Shown in pieces: positions 1 through 9,626 of a stretch of DNA of 64,000 bases. A program made the position numbers and the translations under genes. Positions within the stretch are counted from its first letter, which is position 1; every line of letters begins with the position of its first letter. The notes under the pieces were generated by a model. The model was not told the origin of the DNA. It did no database searches and saw only the letters and a list, made by a program, of their open reading frames with translations. Source of the stretch: Patescibacteria group bacterium (GTDB taxonomy: Bacteria > Patescibacteriota > Microgenomatia > 2-02-FULL-39-11); contig JAMCUI010000019.1 in the NCBI GenBank assembly GCA_023379265.1, positions 9,233 to 73,232 of the forward strand, read 5' to 3'.

Positions 1-893
<893 letters not shown>

Positions 894-949
894 TTTAAGG
901 CTAAAGATGGGACTTATTTCATTCTGTTCACTTTTTAAGGAGCAATAAT

Positions 950-1023
950 TAGCGTTTAGCGTCTAGGGTATAGCGTAGAGCTTGAAAAAAAACTAAGCGC
1001 TAGAAGCTAATAACTAGATACTA
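950..1023. repeat. Two degenerate 7-bp tandem tracts in opposite orientation in the 23S-5S spacer
   Basis: TAGCGTT TAGCGTC TAGGGTA TAGCGTA (950-977) and CTAAGCG CTAGAAG CTAATAA CTAGATA CTA (993-1023). Confidence 0.7.
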
Positions 1024-1038
1024 TTTTTTGTGTTTGAG

Positions 1039-1160
1039 CCTTTCGGTCTCTAGTGCGGAGCGGTACTACCTCTTCCCATTCCGAACAGAGTCGTCAAACA
1101 CTCCAGCGCCTACGATAGTGACTGCGCAAGCGGTTGCGAAAATAGGTCGAGGCCGGGGGA
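1039..1160 (+). rRNA. rrf: 5S rRNA
   Basis: CCCATTCCGAAC motif, ~120 nt, terminal helix CCTTTCGGTC/GGCCGGGGG, position downstream of 23S. Confidence 0.9.
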
Positions 1161-1253
1161 CTCAGACACAAAATAAATGATTCCAAATCAATCGATCTCA
1201 GAGTGTTATTTGGTATAAGTCCGAAAGTTCTGGGGGACTCAGACACAAAATAA
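1155..1253 (+). repeat. 22-bp direct repeat duplicating the 5S 3' end and trailer
   Basis: GGGGGACTCAGACACAAAATAA at 1155-1176 and 1232-1253. Confidence 0.9.
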
Positions 1254-1343
1254 GAACTGAAGTCAGATATATATAGATTGAATATTAAAACATCAAGATT
1301 TATAATCTGATTATTCTATAGAAGAAAGGCGGTAAAATGCGAA

Positions 1344-2498
1344 GTGGTCAAAAAACAAACAACAAAAAACTCTAAATCATCTATTGACGAAGACAAAGCA
1401 ATAAAAACCTCTCAAAGGAATTCTTCATCCAAGATTCAAAAAGAGCCACAGACCATGGAAGAACTTTTAGCCCAGACAGGGGGGATTCATATTGGGTTAA
1501 AAAAAGGCGAGACGGTGGAAGGTACCGTAGTTTCTGTTTCCTCAAAAGAGGTACTTATTGATATAGGTAAGAAAAGTTATGGCATTATTGCCAATTGGGA
1601 ATTGGAACAGGTGAAAGATTATGCGGCCACGCTTAAAGTTGGGGATAAAATAACAGCACAGGTAGTAAATTCTGAGAACGATATGGGTTATGCAGTTCTT
1701 TCCGTACGCAAGACTTCAACGGAAAGAAGATGGGTAATCCTGAATGAGAAGAAAGAGAGTGGAGAAGAGATTGAGGTGAATGGTCTCGAGATTGCAAAAG
1801 GTGGACTTCTTGTAGAATGGCAGAGCCTACGTGGTTTTATCCCTGCCACACAGTTGGATTCCTCATTTTCTTCAAATCCGGCAACATTAATAGGTAAAAC
1901 CATTAAAGTCAAGGTGTTGGAAGTAGATCAATCTCTTAATAGACTGGTCTTATCACAAAAAGCAGCCAGTTTGGGTGTTTCTCCGGTAATGCTCAAGGAA
2001 AAGCTGAACAAGATAAAACCAAATGATGTACTCAAGGGTATAATCTCAGGTATAGCTCCATTTGGACTTTTTGTTGATATAGAGGGATTGGAAGGTCTAG
2101 TACATATTTCAGAGATTGCTTGGGAAAAAGTGGAGAATCCGGGAAATCTATATAAGGTTGGAGACAAGGTTGAAATAATGGTGATAGATGTAAACCAGAA
2201 TGAAGGCAAGTTGAATCTTTCCATAAAGAGATTGACACCTGATCCCTGGAAAAATATACTTGACCGTTATCCGCCTGAATCAACAGTGTCAGGAAAAGTA
2301 GTCAGGATTGCGCCGTATGGTGTTTTTGTCCATGTCGAGACTGGAATAGAAGGTCTTATTCATATAAGTAAAATTCCTGCTGGAGGAGAACCTAAAATAG
2401 GAGAAGAGATTAAGTGTATCGTAGAAAATATCGACCCAGTTAAGCGTAAAATTTCCCTTACCCTTGTTCCCCACGAAAAACCAGTTGGTTACAGGTAA
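1344..2498 (+). CDS. rpsA: 30S ribosomal protein S1 (four S1 domains)
   Basis: Repeated S1 motifs (GTVVSV..EVLIDIG, GFIPATQL, FGLFVDIEGLEGLVHISE, YGVFVHVETGIEGLIHIS). GTG start is uncertain. Confidence 0.9.
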   Translation: MVKKQTTKNSKSSIDEDKAIKTSQRNSSSKIQKEPQTMEELLAQTGGIHIGLKKGETVEGTVVSVSSKEVLIDIGKKSYGIIANWELEQVKDYAATLKVGDKITAQVVNSENDMGYAVLSVRKTSTERRWVILNEKKESGEEIEVNGLEIAKGGLLVEWQSLRGFIPATQLDSSFSSNPATLIGKTIKVKVLEVDQSLNRLVLSQKAASLGVSPVMLKEKLNKIKPNDVLKGIISGIAPFGLFVDIEGLEGLVHISEIAWEKVENPGNLYKVGDKVEIMVIDVNQNEGKLNLSIKRLTPDPWKNILDRYPPESTVSGKVVRIAPYGVFVHVETGIEGLIHISKIPAGGEPKIGEEIKCIVENIDPVKRKISLTLVPHEKPVGYR

Positions 2499-2543
2499 AT
2501 TCGCTGTTGCATTGCTTCCTCATAAAATTGTAACATTCAGCTG

Positions 2544-3857
2544 ATGAGTCCACGTTCTCAATTTATATGCCAGCAGTGTGGTTATAAAAGCCCCTCTTTT
2601 TTAGGCAGATGCCCCAATTGCGGCAGCTGGAATAGCCTGGTGGAATCAGTTGAAACTTACCAAAACGGTCCTGCATGGGTGAAGAAAAATAAACGAGATA
2701 GAGTTTTTGGTAATAAAGCGATTCAACTATCTAGCGTTAAAGTGTCAAAGGTTAATCGAATCACTACGGGAATAAAAGAAGTGGATCAGGTCCTGGGTGG
2801 CGGACTTGTTCCAGGATCTCTGGTTCTTCTTGCTGGAGACCCGGGAATTGGCAAATCCACACTGACGCTGCAGATTATTTCCAATATAGGCGGTTTATAT
2901 GTGTCGGGTGAGGAATCACCAGCTCAGGTGAAATTGAGGGCAGAGCGGCTAAAAGTAAGGAGTGAAAAGATTCGGGTACTTGCCGAGACAAATGTAGAAG
3001 CGATTATTGAAGGATCGCTTGCAAGCTTAAAAGATACAAGTCTTCTTATTGTTGATTCCATCCAGACTCTCTGGTCAGAGGAACTATCTGGAGCCCCAGG
3101 CGCCATAGGTCAGGTGCGGGAAAGTACACTAAAGCTTCTGGAATTTGCAAAAAGAGAGCATATTCCCGTAATTCTTATCGGTCATGTGACTAAAGAGGGT
3201 ACTATTGCCGGGCCTAAAACACTTGAACACATTGTGGATACAGTTTTGTATCTTGAGGGTGAAAGGTTTCAATCTCTAAGACTATTAAGGACCAGTAAAA
3301 ACCGTTTTGGACCTGTAGATGAGGTAGGTGTGTTTTCCATGGAAGATTCCGGGATGAAAGAGGTGACAAACCCGTCGGAACTTTTTTTAGGAAAAGATAA
3401 GTGTGCGGCCGGATCGGTTGTTATCGCCACTCTTGAAGGAACAAGACCTTTACTTGTTGAAGTACAGGCACTTACTGTTGCGTCACAATTGCCGCTTCCA
3501 CGGCGAGTGGGTACAGGAATAAATAACACTAGATTGCAGATGCTGGTTGCAATATTACAAAAACACTTGAGATTGCCTTTAGGAAAGTTTGATATTTTTG
3601 TAAATGTGGCATCGGGAATAAAAGTCTTTGAGCCGGCAGCTGATTTGGGTATTTGTCTCTCAATTATATCTTCATTTAAGAACAAACCGTTTTCAGCACA
3701 AACTGTAGCAATAGGGGAGGTAGGGCTTTTGGGAGAAATAAGAAACGTGATAGGTCTTGAAAGAAGGATAAAAGAAGCAAAAAAACTGGGATTTGAGAAT
3801 ATAATTTCTCCTCGAATATATAATCACATCAAGGATACTTCAAAATTATTAAACTGA
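2544..3857 (+). CDS. radA: DNA repair protein RadA/Sms
   Basis: C4 zinc finger CQQCG..GRCPNCGSWNS, Walker A GDPGIGKST, KNRFG motif, Lon-like C-terminus. Confidence 0.97.
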   Translation: MSPRSQFICQQCGYKSPSFLGRCPNCGSWNSLVESVETYQNGPAWVKKNKRDRVFGNKAIQLSSVKVSKVNRITTGIKEVDQVLGGGLVPGSLVLLAGDPGIGKSTLTLQIISNIGGLYVSGEESPAQVKLRAERLKVRSEKIRVLAETNVEAIIEGSLASLKDTSLLIVDSIQTLWSEELSGAPGAIGQVRESTLKLLEFAKREHIPVILIGHVTKEGTIAGPKTLEHIVDTVLYLEGERFQSLRLLRTSKNRFGPVDEVGVFSMEDSGMKEVTNPSELFLGKDKCAAGSVVIATLEGTRPLLVEVQALTVASQLPLPRRVGTGINNTRLQMLVAILQKHLRLPLGKFDIFVNVASGIKVFEPAADLGICLSIISSFKNKPFSAQTVAIGEVGLLGEIRNVIGLERRIKEAKKLGFENIISPRIYNHIKDTSKLLN

Positions 3858-4213
3858 TTTGTTATTCTTTTTCAGGAGTCCTGTATAACTGTACATCACG
3901 TCTTCGATACCGAATTTTTTAGACACTTCTTCTCCTTCTGTATTCCTTTATACTTGTCACGTAATATTTTCTCTTATGGAAAATTGAAACCTGGTTGCAT
4001 TTAGTATGGTCTTCAAAATTGGTCTCTTCAGTTGCTGATTGTCTTTTTCGTTTCAACCGCATAGTAGAAGATATCCCTTTTTTGACACTTTTTCTATCAA
4101 CATAGTTATCAACATGGAAGTATCTATTATATATATGCTTGTTACAGAGCTCTATAACCTCTTGTAAATACTATAGGTATATAGGAAATTCCTTCTTTTA
4201 CCACTATAGGGTC

Positions 4214-4242
4214 TTGACAAGCAGTTTTAGACATGCTAGCAT
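4214..4242 (+). promoter_or_regulatory. Sigma70-type promoter for the 50-aa ORF
   Basis: TTGACA (4214-4219), 17-bp spacer, TGc-TAGCAT (4237-4242). Confidence 0.65.
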
Positions 4243-4265
4243 AAATTTATTGAGGCTATTTGAAT

Positions 4266-4418
4266 ATGATTAAGAAGTTTATAAGTAGACTATTTTCGGG
4301 TAAAAGGAGAGAGACAAAACCAAGAGATTTTGAGTGGGAAAAATTCAGAAGTACTGCTAAAGAGCAATTTACTAGATTAAAGGAGAAGGGATTGAGCATT
4401 CCAGTAGTAACCTTATAG
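4266..4418 (+). CDS. Small basic hypothetical protein, 50 aa (below ORF-track cutoff)
   Basis: MIKKFISRLFSGKRRETKPRDFEWEKFRSTAKEQFTRLKEKGLSIPVVTL; GAGG upstream, consensus promoter upstream, hairpin downstream. Confidence 0.65.
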   Translation: MIKKFISRLFSGKRRETKPRDFEWEKFRSTAKEQFTRLKEKGLSIPVVTL

Positions 4419-4436
4419 AGCAGGAAGGCATTACAG

Positions 4437-4545
4437 AAAAAAAGAGCATCACTAACGCTAGCGGACGAAGGGCTACGATTAGTAATGCTCTTTTATATTG
4501 GGATTGACCACCTATTGAGCAGGAATGGCCAAAACCCTTGTGCAG
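4437..4545 (-). ncRNA. Candidate small RNA (two hairpins plus U-tract), convergent with the 50-aa ORF
   Basis: Minus-strand TTGACA at 4571-4576; hairpin TTGGCCA..TGGTCAA; 16-bp stem 4440-4455/4479-4494 whose only mismatch is G-U on the minus strand; ends in a U run. Confidence 0.4.
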
Positions 4546-5029
4546 ATATTTACCATAATATAATTTTTTCTGTCAAATTTATTTTCACGCCTGAAAATTA
4601 AGTTTTTGATTGTTGCAGTAAGATATATTTAGTTTTATTTTTTAGTGTTAATCGCCACATATAGACACTACTAGTAGAGTTCTTGTATTATTTCTTCATA
4701 CATCATTTTCAAAGGTTCGTTGGATGAGCTGATTGCTTGACATTGATAGATTGCGGTGATAGAATAGCGCGCTAGTAGTTCATCTTTTGGAGTTTTGGTG
4801 AATTTTGGGTTTAACATTTTTCTGTCCTTTGGATAAAAATAAGGACATTCAGTAAAATTCATGAAAAAAATATTGCCCATTAAACTGATTGTCGAAAAAA
4901 GTCTTAATTTCGCTCTGGCTGTGGCTCGGTAATTTCGGGCCGCCCGGAGTTTTTGGTTTTCTAAGGGGAAAATAGGCTATAACACAGAAAATTTGTTGAG
5001 GAAATTTCCAGTGTAAGGGTGATTAATAT

Positions 5030-5096
5030 TCTGGTTTTTAGTGGGGGATCAGATGTAGGGCAGGCGTCTGATCTCCCACTAAGAACCAGATTTTTT
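5030..5096 (+). terminator. 26-bp hairpin followed by T6
   Basis: Arms 5030-5055 and 5065-5090; all three non-Watson-Crick positions are G-U on the + strand. May also terminate the convergent gene ending at 5111. Confidence 0.7.
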
Positions 5097-5110
5097 AAAG
5101 TAAGAAATCC

Positions 5111-7567
5111 TCAAAGCGGATTTATGGTAGGTGAGACTTTTATAATTTTAGTGTTTCCGCTTTGAAAAACTACTGTTCCCAGCTGCAAAAGTTTTGTTTC
5201 ATCCAGATTTTTGTATTTTTCCCGTTCCAATGTCCCGTCAAAAATATATTCCACATCATATTTCTGCAATATGCCTTTGGTTAAGTTTATGTCTGGAGAT
5301 TCATAAAGTGCCGCAACCTCAGGAATTCTTCGTCCTGCCTCATCATAGCTGCCTCTCCAGAGCCATTCATGGACTGGCCAGCCTATGATAGTGGGAAGTC
5401 CCGTGTTGGCCGATACACGGGCGTAGTCGGTATATGAGTCACCGTTTGCTTCAGCAATTACCGGATGGTTATTGCATTGACTTTGATTGTTACGACACTT
5501 TATGTTCTGTCGAAGCCAAATAATAGCTTTGTAATCATCGGGATATTGAGAGGAGAACCAATTCAACCCAAATAATCCGTGATAAGTCTGTAGCCCTCCG
5601 TAATACGAATTGATGGCAAAGTACGGGTAAACTCCAACCAGAACAAAGAGGAATATAAAAAGAGAATTATAGAGTATAAAACGTAAGGTTTTCTTTGCTT
5701 GGGGTATGATATCTTTTGCCCGAAAAGCGATAAAAGAGCTGCAAAGACCCAACATAATAAATGCTTGATATCCGAGCTTAAACATAGTATTGGCTCTGTA
5801 ATGCATAGGATAGATATCTTTCATGTAGAAAAATTCAGGAAAGATAAGAAGGAGAGTAGAGACAAATATCATAATAAGAATAAGCATATCCACTGGGGTT
5901 AATCCTTTTATAAGAGTAAGTCTGGCAAAAAAGCTGTCGAAAAGACCAATAGATTCATTTTTATTTCTATTCTCGGCAAATTTTTCATCAGTACGGTGTT
6001 GAAATATTCCAGTAAAAAATGATTTTATAGCCGGCAGTATGATGATAAAGAGGTATCCTATGACATTGAAATAGAAAAATCCCCACAATATTGCCAGCAT
6101 CCAAAGAGGGGATTTTTGGCATTTGCCTACTTCAAAAAGTAATGGACCTATCTTTTTACCCAAAAGGGAAGAAGGTGCGCATAGGACGCCTATACCTGAG
6201 ACGAAGGGTTTAAAGTTTAGGGAAAAAGGAAGGTTGGCAACAAGGAAAAAGAACAGAAGAAAAAGACATGCAGAGAAAGTTTTATATATAATTCCGGCCA
6301 GTGTCAGTGATGAATCCTGAAACTTTTTGCGTAAATTCTTATATAAAATTACCAAGCCAGTAAGTATCATATAAATTAATCCATCCCAGGCATTGGTCAT
6401 ATACATGACTGATAGAAGTATTCCCAACAGAAATATGTTTGCTAGAGGGATAGATGTATGTTCTTCAAATTCACGCAGGAAATTATTAAAGAAGGAAAAT
6501 CCCATAATCTTCTCTTTTTTAAGTTCAGACTGTTTCCCTTCGACCTTCCTATCCTCCTTGGTGATAATGGCCAGAAGTATTGCTAGCGTAAAGAGGACAA
6601 AAGGGATATCCGAAACATGACCGTGAAGGTCAGCTACCACAAAAGAATAGATCGGGAATTCGTGAATGGTAAAGGGTATAAAGCGCGTAGCATTGGGATA
6701 CCAATAGCGTTCAGGGTAATATCCTAATGGTAATTGCCAAGGAGGAACCGGATGGTCTACTAGGTAATTGGTGGTAAATACGTAAATTGTATGTAGGTTA
6801 CCACCGAGTGTAACAAGAAACGCAGCCAGAATTCCGGCTAGAAAGATACGAAAACCCAAACGGCTTGGTTTCTTGTCATTTTTCATATCAGGTTTTTGGG
6901 AATTATCGGAATGAGATTTTTTGTGAAGTGAATATAAATTCAGACCCAGTGAAAAAGAAAGGACAAGCGTCAGGGCAAAAAGAGTGGCTATCGAGAGGTT
7001 GTACGTAATTGTTGAGTCGATGTTGGAAAGTTTTGTCAGGAAAGCGGTAATATAATGCCCGAAGTAATAATAGTTTATGAAATATCCACCTGAATAATCA
7101 GGAGATTTAGCCAACCACATATCAAGCGGGGGGAAATAGCGTGACCGCAAAATGGAGTTGACAAAGCCGAAATCCATGAATTTTTCCAGCCCGTGTATAG
7201 AAGGCTCGGTGGCTCTGACAAATGACCAGAAGGAAAGAGCTGTCAGAAAAAGGCTCTCTTCAAAAAGGAAAAGCCCAAATGGTAATTTTGTTAGTAAATC
7301 TTTCTGGTGCATCCATCTAATTAGGAATATTGAGGATAAGAAGCCTCCTAGAAGAATAAGGATAATTGTAGTCTGAGTAAAAGGTAGAATTCTGGTGCTT
7401 GCCAGAAACCATACTGAGTACGAAGCAATCAAAATTCCTAATACTTTGGTGAATATATACCCCTTATCAGCAAATCTGTTTAGAAGAAGAAGCGTAAATG
7501 GCAGAAAAGCCGTACCAACGACAAAAATTGTCAGCCACCAGACTATTACATAAGAGGCATCAGACAT
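5111..7567 (-). CDS. DUF2298 / Chlor_Arch_YYY family integral membrane protein (probable GT-C glycosyltransferase)
   Basis: EKFMDFGF, INYYYFGH, TIHEFPIYSF..DLHGH, RANTMFK, RVSANTGLPTIIGWPVHEWLWR motifs; many TM segments. Confidence 0.85.
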   Translation of the reverse strand: MSDASYVIVWWLTIFVVGTAFLPFTLLLLNRFADKGYIFTKVLGILIASYSVWFLASTRILPFTQTTIILILLGGFLSSIFLIRWMHQKDLLTKLPFGLFLFEESLFLTALSFWSFVRATEPSIHGLEKFMDFGFVNSILRSRYFPPLDMWLAKSPDYSGGYFINYYYFGHYITAFLTKLSNIDSTITYNLSIATLFALTLVLSFSLGLNLYSLHKKSHSDNSQKPDMKNDKKPSRLGFRIFLAGILAAFLVTLGGNLHTIYVFTTNYLVDHPVPPWQLPLGYYPERYWYPNATRFIPFTIHEFPIYSFVVADLHGHVSDIPFVLFTLAILLAIITKEDRKVEGKQSELKKEKIMGFSFFNNFLREFEEHTSIPLANIFLLGILLSVMYMTNAWDGLIYMILTGLVILYKNLRKKFQDSSLTLAGIIYKTFSACLFLLFFFLVANLPFSLNFKPFVSGIGVLCAPSSLLGKKIGPLLFEVGKCQKSPLWMLAILWGFFYFNVIGYLFIIILPAIKSFFTGIFQHRTDEKFAENRNKNESIGLFDSFFARLTLIKGLTPVDMLILIMIFVSTLLLIFPEFFYMKDIYPMHYRANTMFKLGYQAFIMLGLCSSFIAFRAKDIIPQAKKTLRFILYNSLFIFLFVLVGVYPYFAINSYYGGLQTYHGLFGLNWFSSQYPDDYKAIIWLRQNIKCRNNQSQCNNHPVIAEANGDSYTDYARVSANTGLPTIIGWPVHEWLWRGSYDEAGRRIPEVAALYESPDINLTKGILQKYDVEYIFDGTLEREKYKNLDETKLLQLGTVVFQSGNTKIIKVSPTINPL

Positions 7568-7660
7568 AATTTTTATGGGGATAAAAGATACAAGATTATT
7601 CCTTCAAATCCGTCTTTTTATTATAATCCATTTTGGGAAAGCTTTTAAGAATTAAAACAT

Positions 7661-7695
7661 CCATACGCCAGAGAAATATTATCTTTGGCGTATGG
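7661..7695. terminator. 14-bp hairpin between the kinase and YYY genes
   Basis: CCATACGCCAGAGA / TCTTTGGCGTATGG, one G-U; orientation ambiguous. Confidence 0.55.
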
Positions 7696-7782
7696 TATGG
7701 ATTGTGGGAATGTTTTTAATTTTTCAAGTAGGTGGTCCAATCATATTTGATCATCTCCTTTCCTATATAATATAAACTTTTT

Positions 7783-7800
7783 AGATGGGAAGAACATGAA
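7783..7800 (-). promoter_or_regulatory. Candidate OmpR-family response regulator box (copy 2)
   Basis: Minus-strand TTCATGTTCTTCCCATCT, 15/18 identical to the box upstream of htrA; CAT half-sites 11 bp apart; -10-like TATATT/TATTAT 8-10 nt downstream. Confidence 0.5.
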
Positions 7801-7874
7801 CTGTGTTTGGGAAATGTTGGAGCTTTTAGGTTTATTCTTCGAAGAAATCACTGGATTTAGCCCGGAGGACTCCC

Positions 7875-8888
7875 CTATAGAAGTGGAAAAGAGGCGGTAA
7901 ATGTGCTACCTTTTCCTATGGCGGAGTGCAACGTAAGGTTGCCATTGTGAATTTCGGCAATAGTCTTGGCGATGGAAAGTCCCAATCCGTAACCTCTGGT
8001 TTGCCACCGTGAGGAATTAGAACGGTAAAAACGGTCAAAAATCCTTTCCTGATCCTCCTTGGGGATACCTTTACCCATATCCTTAACTGATACAGATGCC
8101 TGCTTATTTTTATTTTTTATCGTAATAGTGATAGCGGTATTGGAAGGAGAGTATTTTATTGCGTTGTCAATAAGGTTGGTAAAAAGTTGTTCAAGAAGTG
8201 AAGAATTGCCTTTCATGGTTATGCTTTCTGGGGGATATTTTACTTTGCAGCTGATATTGTTTTTTTTGAAAAAAAAACGTCTTGAAGCAACGGCCCGGCC
8301 CACAGGATCGGCTATATCCAACTCTTGCATTGTAGTTCTAAATGCAGTGTCATCATGTTGTGCGAGTATTAGGAGATTTCTGACTAGCGTTGCCAGTCTG
8401 GCGATTTCTCCGTTTATAGTACGCAGAGTCTTTTCATGATAGGGTATGGACCTTTTTTGTTGGAGAGCTACTTCTATTTCGCTTGCGGCGATAGTTAAGG
8501 GAGTGCGCAGTTCGTGTGAAGCGTCTGAGACAAACTGATTCTGCTTCTCAAGCATGGTAAGGATGGGGGATAGGGTTTGTTTTGCCAAAATAAATGAGGC
8601 AACAGGGATAAAAAACAATAGAATGGAATTTATAATAAGGAGAGCTTCCCTGATATTTTCCAGGGTGACTTCGGTTGCTTTAAGAATTAGAGTTTCGTCT
8701 TCTTCTATAAAAGGACGTAAGGGCTTCCCCAAGTTTCCGTTTTGTGCACGTTCCTTTACATTTGCAATATAATTTTTTCCAAAAGACCGATCAAGATAGA
8801 AATAAAGCCCCAGGCTGAAAGTCCAAAAAAGAAGAAAGAAAAGAAAAGAATAAAGAATAGTGAGTTTGATAACTGAGCGTTTGAACAT
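7875..8888 (-). CDS. Sensor histidine kinase (two TM, HisKA + HATPase)
   Basis: FVSDASHELRTPLT H-box, NLIDNAIKYS N-box, DMGKGI, GYGLGLSI. Confidence 0.95.
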   Translation of the reverse strand: MFKRSVIKLTILYSFLFFLLFWTFSLGLYFYLDRSFGKNYIANVKERAQNGNLGKPLRPFIEEDETLILKATEVTLENIREALLIINSILLFFIPVASFILAKQTLSPILTMLEKQNQFVSDASHELRTPLTIAASEIEVALQQKRSIPYHEKTLRTINGEIARLATLVRNLLILAQHDDTAFRTTMQELDIADPVGRAVASRRFFFKKNNISCKVKYPPESITMKGNSSLLEQLFTNLIDNAIKYSPSNTAITITIKNKNKQASVSVKDMGKGIPKEDQERIFDRFYRSNSSRWQTRGYGLGLSIAKTIAEIHNGNLTLHSAIGKGSTFTASFPLL

Positions 8889-8907
8889 GGGAAGAATAAA
8901 CTATGGC

Positions 8908-9579
8908 TTATACTTTTAGTATATATCCAGTTCCGCGCAGGGTGTGAATGAGTTCTTTGGATTGTGGGGAAACATGTAGTTTTTTCCTCAGGTATTTGAC
9001 ATAAGTTTCAACAATATTTGAAAATCCTTCATAATTATAATCCCAGACGTGTTCTAGAATCTGGGTTTTGGTCAGTACCCGGTTTTGGTTTCTCATAAAA
9101 TAATCAAAAAGAGCATATTCCCTACTGGTAAAAACAATAGTCTTTCCTTCGCGCTGCACCAATCTTGTAGCAGGATTCAGTGTTACGTCGTCAATTTTCA
9201 GAACTGGGGGGTCAGCTTTGTTTCCCCGCCTCAACAGAGCTCTTATTCGAGCAGTAAGCTCTATATATGAAAATGGTTTGGTAAGATAATCATCAGCTCC
9301 TTCATCCAGCCCTTTTATCTTGTCCTCAATGCCACCTTTTGCGGTCAAGATGATAATCGGTATATTGGTATTATTTCTTCTTATGGTTTTGAGGACTGAG
9401 AGGCCGTCTATTTTGGGTAACATGAGATCCAGTATAATAATGTCGTATTCGTTTATATCAAATTTTTCCAGGCCTTCCTCCCCATCTAGAGCAATATCTA
9501 CAGCATAACCTTCCTCAAGTAGCCCGCGTCTCAGGACATGTACCAGTTTCTTTTCGTCTTCAATAATCAATATTTGCAT
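8908..9579 (-). CDS. OmpR/PhoB-family response regulator
   Basis: ILIIEDE, DIIILDLMLP, GADDYLTKPF, winged-helix end LIHTLRGTGY. Confidence 0.95.
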   Translation of the reverse strand: MQILIIEDEKKLVHVLRRGLLEEGYAVDIALDGEEGLEKFDINEYDIIILDLMLPKIDGLSVLKTIRRNNTNIPIIILTAKGGIEDKIKGLDEGADDYLTKPFSYIELTARIRALLRRGNKADPPVLKIDDVTLNPATRLVQREGKTIVFTSREYALFDYFMRNQNRVLTKTQILEHVWDYNYEGFSNIVETYVKYLRKKLHVSPQSKELIHTLRGTGYILKV

Positions 9580-9626
9580 AAGTTTGCTAAATGTGAGTCG
9601 TTATAAAGCTTATAATTCATACTTTG

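Noticed and set aside
3860-4120. Short minus-strand ORF fragments and TATCAACA repeats resembling DnaA boxes
   Set aside because: Fragments have no recognisable family; only two imperfect boxes and no dnaA/oriC context.
4671-4880. 69-aa minus-strand ORF
   Set aside because: No recognisable motif or clear RBS; may be a decayed fragment but cannot be supported.
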